DNA of 64,000 bases from an uncultured Holophagales bacterium. Lineage in GTDB: Bacteria; Acidobacteriota; Thermoanaerobaculia; Multivoradales; UBA5704. The stretch's first letter is position 1. Each line of letters starts with the position of its first letter. The translations under genes and the position numbers were made by a program. Below are positions 8,820-16,874 of this stretch, piece by piece. The notes under the pieces are model-generated. The model saw only the letters and a program-made list of their open reading frames with translations. It had not been told where the DNA came from and made no database searches. The stretch covers positions 1 through 64,000 of the forward strand of contig CAWJGT010000009.1 in assembly GCA_963842525.1 (NCBI GenBank), given 5' to 3'.

Positions 8820-9152
8820 TCAGCAGCAGGTGATGCCGGGGGTGCAGGCTCCTCCGGGACCGCAGTCCGCGTTCGTCTTACAGGGTTGGCCGCAACTGCA
8901 GCGGCAGGTGCGGAACCCGACCGTGAGCTCCGGCGCGGGGTTCTGAGGCAACTCCGCAGGGCAGACCACCGGCTGCTCAAGCATCGCGGCGAGGTCCAGT
9001 GTTTCTCCGCAACCAGGCTGGTCAGGAGAGGAAGCTGCGTCCGGCGCGGCGGTGGGAACCACAGGCTTCTCGGCGAAGGCCGGTGCGGCGCTCAGAGCAG
9101 CCACGAAGAGCACGGCGATCAGGGCGAGACCGAACATCTTGGATCGGCGCAT
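8820..9152 (-). CDS. Secreted Cys-rich peptide (110 aa; C-terminal 8-Cys domain)
   Basis: AGGAGG RBS; signal peptide MRRSKMFGLALIAVLFVAALSAAPAFA; core RTCRCSCGQPCKTNADCGPGGACTPGITCC. Confidence 0.8.
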   Translation of the reverse strand: MRRSKMFGLALIAVLFVAALSAAPAFAEKPVVPTAAPDAASSPDQPGCGETLDLAAMLEQPVVCPAELPQNPAPELTVGFRTCRCSCGQPCKTNADCGPGGACTPGITCC

Positions 9153-9385
9153 GGCATCCTCCTTGGTATGTAGAACGACCGTATAGTCGGCCAGCGGGCC
9201 AGCCGGTGGGCGACCAAGACTCGACAGCCCGTTCAAGGGCTCCACTTTTGTAGGTGCTCCAGAGCGTCGGAGCAGTGACAGCGGATAACCGGGGCGCGTG
9301 CCCGGGACAGTGCGCCGGAGGCGGTGTCCCCCTGGAACACGCCTTCCACACCATGCTTCATGAGACTGCAAGAAGGAGGTCTGGA

Positions 9386-9607
9386 ATGAAACGCACCCTC
9401 GTCAAGCTCAGTTGCATGATCGCTCTCCTGGTCCTTGTCGAAGCTTCCCGATTGGAGCCCCTTTGGGCGAGCTGCGGGCTCACCTGCTCTCAAATGAAGG
9501 GTATCTGCCAGCAGTACTGTTTCAGCCGTGGCTGTAGCTGGAGCTTTGCCTGCAACTCTGCTGATCCGTGCAGCTCAACGTGCCTGTGCACGAACTGCGC
9601 ACCCTAG
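9386..9607 (+). CDS. Secreted Cys-rich peptide (73 aa; 10 Cys in mature part)
   Basis: AAGGAGG RBS; hydrophobic N-terminus; SCGLTCSQMKGICQQYCFSRGCSWSFACNSADPCSSTCLCTNCAP. Confidence 0.75.
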   Translation: MKRTLVKLSCMIALLVLVEASRLEPLWASCGLTCSQMKGICQQYCFSRGCSWSFACNSADPCSSTCLCTNCAP

Positions 9608-9711
9608 GCCGAGCGGATCCGGCGGCGAAGTTATTCCAATTGAGAACGGGTCCCCCTCACCCAGGGAGCGGCGGGAGAGGGGGACAGGGGGGCGAGGTTC
9701 TGGGAGTTCCT

Positions 9712-10230
9712 CTACTGCGACGGGGGGCCGATGCGGGTGGCGAGGAGGGTTCCGGCGTGGTGGAGGGCTTCGGCGCCGGCGGCTTCCAGGAGGTTGGCCA
9801 GGGAGTCGGGGTTGGTGAGCAGGGTGTGCAGGGTGCTGAGGGCGTCGATCAGCTTCTCGTCGTAGATGGGCAGGTAGCCGACGACGGCTCCCCAGGCGTT
9901 GCGGCTCTCGATGGCGTAGCCCTCGAGGTCTCGCTCCTTGCGCAGGCGGAAGAGCGGGTCGTGTCCGATGCCGGGCAGGACGGCGGCGGCGAGCAGGGCC
10001 AGGTGGGGCTCGGCGAAGGCGGCGAGGGGACGGTGCTTGCCGGGGACTTCTCCGGGGCGGTAGAGGCCGAAGCTGTGGCTGGTCGCCTCGACGCGCCAGG
10101 GGCCGGCGACATCGGCCTCGCGGGCCGTGGGCGGCTCGTCGCGCTTGCCGAGGAGCTCCAGGAAGCGGGGATCGAAGGCGTTGAGCGGGGGGTGGGGAGG
10201 GTGGGTGGTACCATCGTCGCAGCTGGGCAT
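9712..10230 (-). CDS. Hypothetical protein (172 aa)
   Basis: AGGAGG RBS, high-GC codon usage, globular sequence. Confidence 0.7.
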   Translation of the reverse strand: MPSCDDGTTHPPHPPLNAFDPRFLELLGKRDEPPTAREADVAGPWRVEATSHSFGLYRPGEVPGKHRPLAAFAEPHLALLAAAVLPGIGHDPLFRLRKERDLEGYAIESRNAWGAVVGYLPIYDEKLIDALSTLHTLLTNPDSLANLLEAAGAEALHHAGTLLATRIGPPSQ

Positions 10231-11087
10231 GGGACTGACCTCCTATGCTTGGTTAGGCTCGGGGTGAGGTTGGCGCCTCGCTCCGGGCTGTTTTCTGATC
10301 GGCCGGAGGCCTCCGGCCGGGTGATTCATTGCCGCTTAGTTTACGCTTTTCGGGTTGCGGATGTCAAGGCTTTGGCGCGGGAAGGGGCGACGGGCCCTCT
10401 CCCCCTGGCCCCCTCTCCCGTGCGGCCCCCGGCCGGCCTCCCCGAACGGGAGAGGGGGAACGGCGGCCCCGATCCCAAAGGCTGGTGAGCAGGACGGACA
10501 CGGACTGGCACGGACGGGCACGGATGGCGACTGGCGGCAGCGGGGCTTCGGCTCGCGGTGAGGTGTGGCTTTGCCCCTTGGCCAGGTTTTGCCCCACCTG
10601 ATCAGAGCTACGAGGCTGGAACGGACACAGAGGGTGCTCGGGCGAAGCTGAGGGGGCCGGCGTGGCGGTGGGGCTTCAACTGCCCGCCTGGAACTCCACG
10701 GGTGAGCGGAGGGGCACGGCAGCACCTCGGCAGGCGTAGCCCTTGAGGCGGGCTCCTTGCGCAGATGCCCGAGTCGTGGCCGACGCCGGCCTCGGGCAGG
10801 TCGGAAAAAGCGGCTGGCCTGTCCCGCCCTAGCCTCAACCTCGTGTAATCAGAATTTAAGCCAGCGTGGGTCATTATGATGTGATAATAACTATGCCGGT
10901 TATCAGCTACTCGATCCCCATACTTGCATTCAATGCATCGTCATGGCCTTTTAAGTGCTCGACATATGAGTCAGGTCGAGGTACCCTAGGGATGCATTGG
11001 AGAGGGCGTAATGCCCTTGAAGCGAAGAGCCGCCGGCGTGGCGTGTTGGGAGGTCGCTACTAGGTTCTTGAGGAAGGAGGATGGCCG

Positions 11088-11403
11088 TATGGGCAACGAC
11101 TATACGCGCGAGAAGCTGCACAAGGCGATGATGCAACTGGTTTCGGGAGAGGGCGATCTCACGAGTCGCCTACAGGCCACATATGATGAGTGTTTCTGGG
11201 ACAGCGGCCATTGGATGCTTCATTCTCCGGCAGCCCTAGCTCATAAAGCCAAGGTTGATGGCATTCGGACGCGGCTTGCCACTCTCGGCTCGCTTTCGGG
11301 TAGGGAGCGTTCTGTCCTTGCGCGTGATTTTTTCCCTCTGGGAGGGCGTGTTTGGGATCATGTCGCCAAGCGCCCTTGCACCACCCACACTGATTTAAGG
11401 TAA
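11088..11403 (+). CDS. Hypothetical protein, lower-GC moron
   Basis: MGNDYTREKLHKAMMQL... after a GGAGG RBS; 3' end possibly frameshifted. Confidence 0.5.
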
Positions 11404-11418
11404 GGAGGTGAGGAACTG

Positions 11419-11874
11419 ATGGCACCAATCGAGGATGGATGGGAGCGCGCCGGGAAAATCAACGAACGTCTTCAAGCGATCGCTCGAGCCAAGGCGGTAC
11501 GAGTAGGTTTCAAGTCAAGTTCTGCTGCCCGATTGGCTGTGAGAAAACTTAAAGACGATCCTTGTCGCGAGTTCAGGAAGCCACTGTTCACATCGCCGGA
11601 AAAGTGGGTTAGGAATACGGTCGTTTGGCATCGGGAGGCCTTCCAAATGCTCGCGGTAAATATTGAGCTTGCCTTCAAGGCTCCTGGCCCTGCCGGAGGG
11701 ATCAATTACTGGAACGGCCTCGGACTGCCAATCGACTATGGCGCCGAACTTAGGATGGCCCAACTCGGACTCGATTCTTTCCAGAACCCCAAATGGATCT
11801 CGATTCTTCTATTCGAGTACTTTGAGAATTTTTTGGATCTTCTACAGCCGTTCGACCTGGAGAAGAAAGAATAA
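11419..11874 (+). CDS. Hypothetical protein (151 aa), lower-GC moron
   Basis: TAAGGAGG RBS; uninterrupted ORF in a lower-GC segment. Confidence 0.65.
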   Translation: MAPIEDGWERAGKINERLQAIARAKAVRVGFKSSSAARLAVRKLKDDPCREFRKPLFTSPEKWVRNTVVWHREAFQMLAVNIELAFKAPGPAGGINYWNGLGLPIDYGAELRMAQLGLDSFQNPKWISILLFEYFENFLDLLQPFDLEKKE

Positions 11875-12059
11875 GGAGGGCGGCAACCACGAGGTTTGCG
11901 AGCAGGACGGACACGGGGCAGGTGGATGTGAGTAATGAATGTGAGTGGGTATTTTGATTGAGGGTGGATGTTGGGGGGAAGGGCCACCCCCCGGGCCGGT
12001 GGGGGCTCCACGGGGGGCGGGAGGAAACGGGCGGCAGCTATCCGGAGGAGAATCGAGCG

Positions 12060-13313
12060 ATGCATGAAGAGATCGCCATCCAAGTGGAGAGGCTCTGCTC
12101 ACGAATAACTCTGGACCGCCAGTTGGCCCATGAACTCGCCGACCTTGTAGTTGCAGCTCTAGGAAGAGAATTTTTTGAAACTCCTAAGCTCGCGAGAGAT
12201 CCAATCACTGGAGAGCGCACCCTTGCGCATCCGCTCCTAAGAACAATTGGGCTTTCTTCGGACACTCCAGAGCTTGGAGTCGGAGAATTGCTAGAACTTG
12301 GGCTCTATCTCCGTGCCTTCGCACTAGACCCTTCCATAAATTGCATTCTGGCAAACCTGCGGACCGCCAGAGAATACGATAGTACACTCTTTCATCTCGC
12401 GATCGCCTACCGACTCCACTGCGCCGGCTGTGCTCCCACTCTAGAGCCCAGAACTGATCGCGGCAGAGCAGACATTCAGTTTAATTTTGAGGATCGCATC
12501 TATGTGGCCGAGTGTTATCGCATGCGCCAGAGTTTCTTCGAGCACGTCGGTGAGTTTGAGAGCGCACTCGCCAATAGGCTATTTGACAAGACGCCGCAGG
12601 GTAAAAGATATCGATTTACCATCGATATCAACAGTCCTCTCACATACGATGGCATGAGACGGCTGCTAAGAAAGGCGGATGACCTCATCTTGCTTTTCCA
12701 CACGCGGGGGGATGTTAAGCTCATACAGAGACACGACTCTCACCTGCTCGGCGTCGAAGATATTACAAACGTCAATCCCGATCCTGACTATGACGACGAT
12801 CCGGATGTTTCCCCGCGTGCGTTGGGCGCCAATGAGGCTGATCTCATAATTTGCCGGAGCAGCTTGGTGGCAGGTAATGTTTTTGAGGTTGCCTATGATG
12901 TATCAAGGAGGATGACGAGACATAGTCGCGCTCTGATCCGGCGGGGCTATGAGCGCCATTGGCCTAAAGACCCCTACCTCATTCTTGAAGGAAAGCTCGG
13001 TCACAAACTGAAACAGACGAAGGTAGCGGAAGCCGGCTACGGACGGATGCTTTTTGTTCAGTTTCCCTGGGGCCTCAATCTGGATCGCACAGGTACGGTT
13101 GGCGCGCACAAAAGACTCCAGGCGGGCTTCGTACGGAACTTTCCAGAGGTGGGTGCAGTCATGTTACTGGAGAGACGGCCATCGGCTAGTCATTTTGGCT
13201 ACCACGGCCCAGCGCTCTTGGGGAGCGAAGAGGTGGCCATCCCAAACAGCCTAATCGATAGGCTCAATCAGATTGAAATCGCAGGACTCTTTAACACTGG
13301 CCTATCTTCGTGA
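12060..13313 (+). CDS. Hypothetical 417-aa protein, possible PD-(D/E)xK nuclease-like
   Basis: LEPRTDRGRADIQFNFEDRIYVAECYR resembles the restriction-endonuclease-like motif; long ORF in lower-GC DNA. Confidence 0.65.
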   Translation: MHEEIAIQVERLCSRITLDRQLAHELADLVVAALGREFFETPKLARDPITGERTLAHPLLRTIGLSSDTPELGVGELLELGLYLRAFALDPSINCILANLRTAREYDSTLFHLAIAYRLHCAGCAPTLEPRTDRGRADIQFNFEDRIYVAECYRMRQSFFEHVGEFESALANRLFDKTPQGKRYRFTIDINSPLTYDGMRRLLRKADDLILLFHTRGDVKLIQRHDSHLLGVEDITNVNPDPDYDDDPDVSPRALGANEADLIICRSSLVAGNVFEVAYDVSRRMTRHSRALIRRGYERHWPKDPYLILEGKLGHKLKQTKVAEAGYGRMLFVQFPWGLNLDRTGTVGAHKRLQAGFVRNFPEVGAVMLLERRPSASHFGYHGPALLGSEEVAIPNSLIDRLNQIEIAGLFNTGLSS

Positions 13314-13335
13314 GCGCGAGGCATGAGGCTTGGCT

Positions 13336-13746
13336 TCACGCACTGCTGATGGGCCCTTCCTTGCGCCTGCCGGCGAGGAGGTCGTTCGCGTGGTCGAGAT
13401 CTCGAGTGAGGGCTACGTTGGCGTGGGTCAGGACCTCGAGCTTCGGCTGCATCTGGGCTTCCAGGGCGGCAAGCTCGGCCTTGTGGCGGCGTTCTCGCTC
13501 TTCGGCTAGGGCTTGGAGGGCCTCTCGCTCGCGTTGGTAGGCTTCCTGGCGGAGGGCGTGGCCTTCTTCCAGGATGCGAACGTCGAGCTGGAGCTGCTCC
13601 TGGCGCTTGTCCTGGCGGCGCTGGAGCCAGCGGCGGAGGATCTCCAGAAAGGCCGCGCTTCCTCCCAGGGCGGCGAGGCCGGTGATGACTCGGTCGACGA
13701 GAGGGCAACCACAAGGGTTGCCCCTACGTGCGGGGTGTGAGATCAG
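13336..13746 (-). CDS. TM + coiled-coil protein, holin/lysis-accessory candidate (missed by the ORF track)
   Basis: Manual translation LVDRVITGLAALGGSAAFLEILRRWLQRRQDKRQEQ...; CTG start overlaps the upstream stop; last gene of the virion operon. Confidence 0.6.
   Translation of the reverse strand: MISHPARRGNPCGCPLVDRVITGLAALGGSAAFLEILRRWLQRRQDKRQEQLQLDVRILEEGHALRQEAYQREREALQALAEERERRHKAELAALEAQMQPKLEVLTHANVALTRDLDHANDLLAGRRKEGPISSA
13702..13727 (-). repeat. GTAG-type REP-like hairpin
   Basis: GTAGGGGCAACCCTTGTGGTTGCCCT: GTAG foot plus GGGCAACC/GGTTGCCC stem. Confidence 0.65.
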
Positions 13747-15242
13747 GGCCTCCTGCAGAGGAGATAGGCCTCCGCCTGGGCGGGGGTGCCGTTGGTTGGG
13801 TGCTCGATGGAGACCAGCTCGATCCGCTGGCCGGGGTGCAGGGCGGTGACCTCGTGGATGCTGCCTTGTCGGATGAGGTCGGCGGCGGCGTGGGGCCAGG
13901 CGGGACGGTGGTCGTCAAGAGCGCTCGAGGTATAGAGGGTGGCGCCGTCGAGGAGCAGGTCGAGCTGGGTCTGGCCGGAGTCCCCTCTCCCATTGTCAGA
14001 GAGACGGTAGAGGACGTCTTCCGGGATGAGGCCGTCTTGGAGGATGAGAGTGTCGGCGATCGGGCCGGGGGTGGATGGGAGGGGGCCTCGGAGGTGGAGG
14101 ACGACGGTGTCGGATGCGTAGGTGCGGCGATCCTGGAGGTCGATCACCGTGTCGGCGTCGGTGGTGGCGATCCAGAGAGGGCCGAGGACAGTGGTCTCGG
14201 GGGGCGGGGCGGTGGGGGCGGCGAGCTCCCAGGCGCCGTTGGCTCTTTGCCAGAGGTGGGTGGTCGTGTTGGGGGGCACGAGGAGATCGGTCGGCGTGGA
14301 GTGATAGCGCAGGGTGCCGCCGGCGATAGCGCGGCCGGGGTGGAGGCGGAGGTGGAGGCCTGTGCCGGGCTCGGCTTGGTAGCGGTCGAAGGTGCGGAGG
14401 TCGGTAAGGCCGGTGGAGTCGATCTCGGAGAGGCCGGAGGATTGGTACAGGACGGCAAGGACGGCAAGGACCGGCTCCCACGGGGGAGCCGAAGGACGGA
14501 CAGGGACGGGGGCTTGCTGGCTCTTCGTGAGGGTGAGGCCGTTCGGGCCGATGGAGAGGACGGCCAGATAGGCGTTGCCGGGGGCCAGGGGGGTGGCGGC
14601 GGCGTCTTCTTGGGAGAGGGCGAGGGTGGTGGCGACGTGGCCGATGAGGTTCCCCCGATAGATCAGGTGGCCGGCGGCGACGCGGACTTGGTCGTCTGGC
14701 GGGACGGAGGGGGTGACCTGGAAGCCTTTCAGGAGGGTGCTGTGGCCTCGGTCTCCCAGGCCGGTGAGTATGCCTTGGCGGGTACCGGGAGGTACGGGGT
14801 GGGCGTGCTCGGCGGCTACGACAGCGAGGCGGAAGCTCCAGGTCAGCGAGGCGGCGGTGGCGGGGGGGCGGAGCTTGAATTCTCCGTGTCGGATGCCTCC
14901 GGAGAGGAGCGTCCGGAGCGGCAGGGAGCGCCAGGCTCCTACGGGGAGCCAGTCGGTGATCTCTGGGAGCTGGTTGGGGGCGTAGGTGGTGTCCTGGCCG
15001 GTGAGGCGGAGGCGGCCCCAGAGCTCGTCGGTGGGGGGAACTCCTGAAGACATCCATTGGCCGGTGGTGGGGTCTAGGACTTGAAGGACGACAAGGACAT
15101 CAGCGACGTCAACGACATCGGGGCCGGTGTTGTGGATCGCGAAGGGGATGATGGCGCTGTCCTGGCCGGCCTCGAAGGGGTCGATCTGGACGTCCTGCAT
15201 AGGGGTCAGGTCGGGGTTGAGGATCTGGATCATGCGGGTCAC
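13743..15242 (-). CDS. Phage tail-distal/structural protein (499 aa)
   Basis: Beta-rich composition; translationally coupled within the virion operon. Confidence 0.7.
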   Translation of the reverse strand: MTRMIQILNPDLTPMQDVQIDPFEAGQDSAIIPFAIHNTGPDVVDVADVLVVLQVLDPTTGQWMSSGVPPTDELWGRLRLTGQDTTYAPNQLPEITDWLPVGAWRSLPLRTLLSGGIRHGEFKLRPPATAASLTWSFRLAVVAAEHAHPVPPGTRQGILTGLGDRGHSTLLKGFQVTPSVPPDDQVRVAAGHLIYRGNLIGHVATTLALSQEDAAATPLAPGNAYLAVLSIGPNGLTLTKSQQAPVPVRPSAPPWEPVLAVLAVLYQSSGLSEIDSTGLTDLRTFDRYQAEPGTGLHLRLHPGRAIAGGTLRYHSTPTDLLVPPNTTTHLWQRANGAWELAAPTAPPPETTVLGPLWIATTDADTVIDLQDRRTYASDTVVLHLRGPLPSTPGPIADTLILQDGLIPEDVLYRLSDNGRGDSGQTQLDLLLDGATLYTSSALDDHRPAWPHAAADLIRQGSIHEVTALHPGQRIELVSIEHPTNGTPAQAEAYLLCRRP

Positions 15243-16234
15243 TCCATGAGGAAGAGGAGGATGGGCCGGGTGTCGTGGATGGGATGGTTTGCCACGACTG
15301 CTCGGATGGTGGGCTCGCCGGCGGTGGCGGTACTCGGGGCCTCGATGACGACGGGGGCGTCGCCCTCGGGTGGATAGCCGTAGAGGAGGGCGGTGGTGCC
15401 GTCAGCGGAGACGTGGGCGTTGATGGCTGTTCCGAAGCCTTGGGCCAGGGCCCAGGCGCCGGTGGTGGGCCAGCGCGGGTCGGTGTCGGCTCCGAGAATC
15501 GGGGGTAGGGATCGCAGGATGTTGGAGGGAACGTGCAGGCCGAGCGCGGTGCCGTCTGCGCCGGCGAAGCCTTGGACGAGGCCGAGGCCGGCTCCGTCCT
15601 GGGACTCGGCGGCGGTGCCGTCGAAGGTGAAGCGGGCTCCGGCGGCGTCGGCCACTTCAAAGTTGATGTTGTCTCGCCACAGGGTTGCGAAGTGCAGGCT
15701 TGTCGAGTTTGCGGCTACGGTGGCGAGGGAGCCGAGATCCCAGCTTGCGACGAGGGCGGAAAAGACGACGGTGGCGACGGTCTGCGGGTTGGACAGGTCG
15801 CAGGGGGCGGTGCGGAGGGTGAAGGTCGCCTGGTTGGTGTTGGGCTCGTCTTCGTGGTCGGGGAACTCAACCCAGAAGAGCTGGCCCTGGTGGTAGACGG
15901 GGGGCGAGCAGTAGGCGGCGAGGGTGCCTTGGTAGGTGCAGAGCTGGGCGGCGGCTACGTCCCAGACGGTCAGCTCGTTGTCGCCGCTGCGCCAGGCGAG
16001 GGCGCCGGGGCCTACGGCGGCGTTGGGGTCGGCGGCGATGAGGGTGCCGTTTCCGGCGGAGGGGGGCTCGCCGGAGAGCGGGATCGCGCCTCGGTCAGCT
16101 AGAAAGGTGCCGTCGTTGGCGTAGAGGGCGGCGACGAGGGTGCCGGGGTTGAGGAAGGCGTAGTAGCGGGGGGCGGCCGTGGATTGAACGACCGAATAGG
16201 CGTCGGCTTTGCGGTGTCGGAGGGTGGTGCGCAT
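15239..16234 (-). CDS. Phage tail-associated protein (331 aa)
   Basis: Coupled ORF in the tail region; beta-propeller-like composition. Confidence 0.7.
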   Translation of the reverse strand: MRTTLRHRKADAYSVVQSTAAPRYYAFLNPGTLVAALYANDGTFLADRGAIPLSGEPPSAGNGTLIAADPNAAVGPGALAWRSGDNELTVWDVAAAQLCTYQGTLAAYCSPPVYHQGQLFWVEFPDHEDEPNTNQATFTLRTAPCDLSNPQTVATVVFSALVASWDLGSLATVAANSTSLHFATLWRDNINFEVADAAGARFTFDGTAAESQDGAGLGLVQGFAGADGTALGLHVPSNILRSLPPILGADTDPRWPTTGAWALAQGFGTAINAHVSADGTTALLYGYPPEGDAPVVIEAPSTATAGEPTIRAVVANHPIHDTRPILLFLME

Positions 16235-16237
16235 GGA

Positions 16238-16765
16238 TCAGACTCTTCCGTAGGCGATGGGGGCGTTGGTGATCGGGCGGGCGGTGGGAGAGAGGGCGAG
16301 GTCCAGGACGAGCAGCTCGGGCGAGACGACTTGCATGGCTTGGATCTCGAGGTCGGGGTTCACGGTGCCTTCGGGAAGAGAGGGGTCGGGGTCGAGGAAG
16401 GCGATGCGGACCTGGCTGTCGAAGCCTCGGCCTTGGACGGTGACTTGGTAGGTCTGGCCGGGGTGGTATTCGGATGGATCGAGTCTTTCGATCCAGAGGG
16501 TGGGGGCGGGGATGGTCTCGGAGGTGCCGATGCCGGTGGTGCCGGTGCGGTGGAAGGGGGCTTGGCTGGGGTTGAGGATCACGGTGCCGGTGTAGTGGTT
16601 GTTGGGGGTGCCTCTCGTGACGCAGCGGGCGTCGGTGCGCTGGAGGCGCTCGGTGCCGTCCTGGTGGCGGCCCAGGACTCTGGCGGTGCGGGCGGGGGCT
16701 TGCTGGCGCTCGCGGCGGGTTAGGAGGGTCCCGAGAAGATCGAGGACTCTTTCGGCGCCGGTCAT
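16238..16765 (-). CDS. Phage tail-associated protein with Ig/IPT-like C-terminus
   Basis: IERLDPSEYHPGQTYQVTVQGRGFD resembles an IPT/TIG motif; operon position. Confidence 0.65.
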   Translation of the reverse strand: MTGAERVLDLLGTLLTRRERQQAPARTARVLGRHQDGTERLQRTDARCVTRGTPNNHYTGTVILNPSQAPFHRTGTTGIGTSETIPAPTLWIERLDPSEYHPGQTYQVTVQGRGFDSQVRIAFLDPDPSLPEGTVNPDLEIQAMQVVSPELLVLDLALSPTARPITNAPIAYGRV

Positions 16766-16874
16766 GGACGGGGACCCTCACCCCCTGGCCCCCTCTCCCA
16801 TCCGCACTCCCTTCCCCCGGGAGAGGGGGAAAACACGGACGGACACGGACCTACATGGACTTGCACGGACGGGG

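Noticed and set aside
10845-10910. Third dif-like site (GATAATAACTATGCCGGTTATCAGC region)
   Set aside because: Arms and spacer fit poorly; it could simply be an AT-rich promoter for the moron genes.
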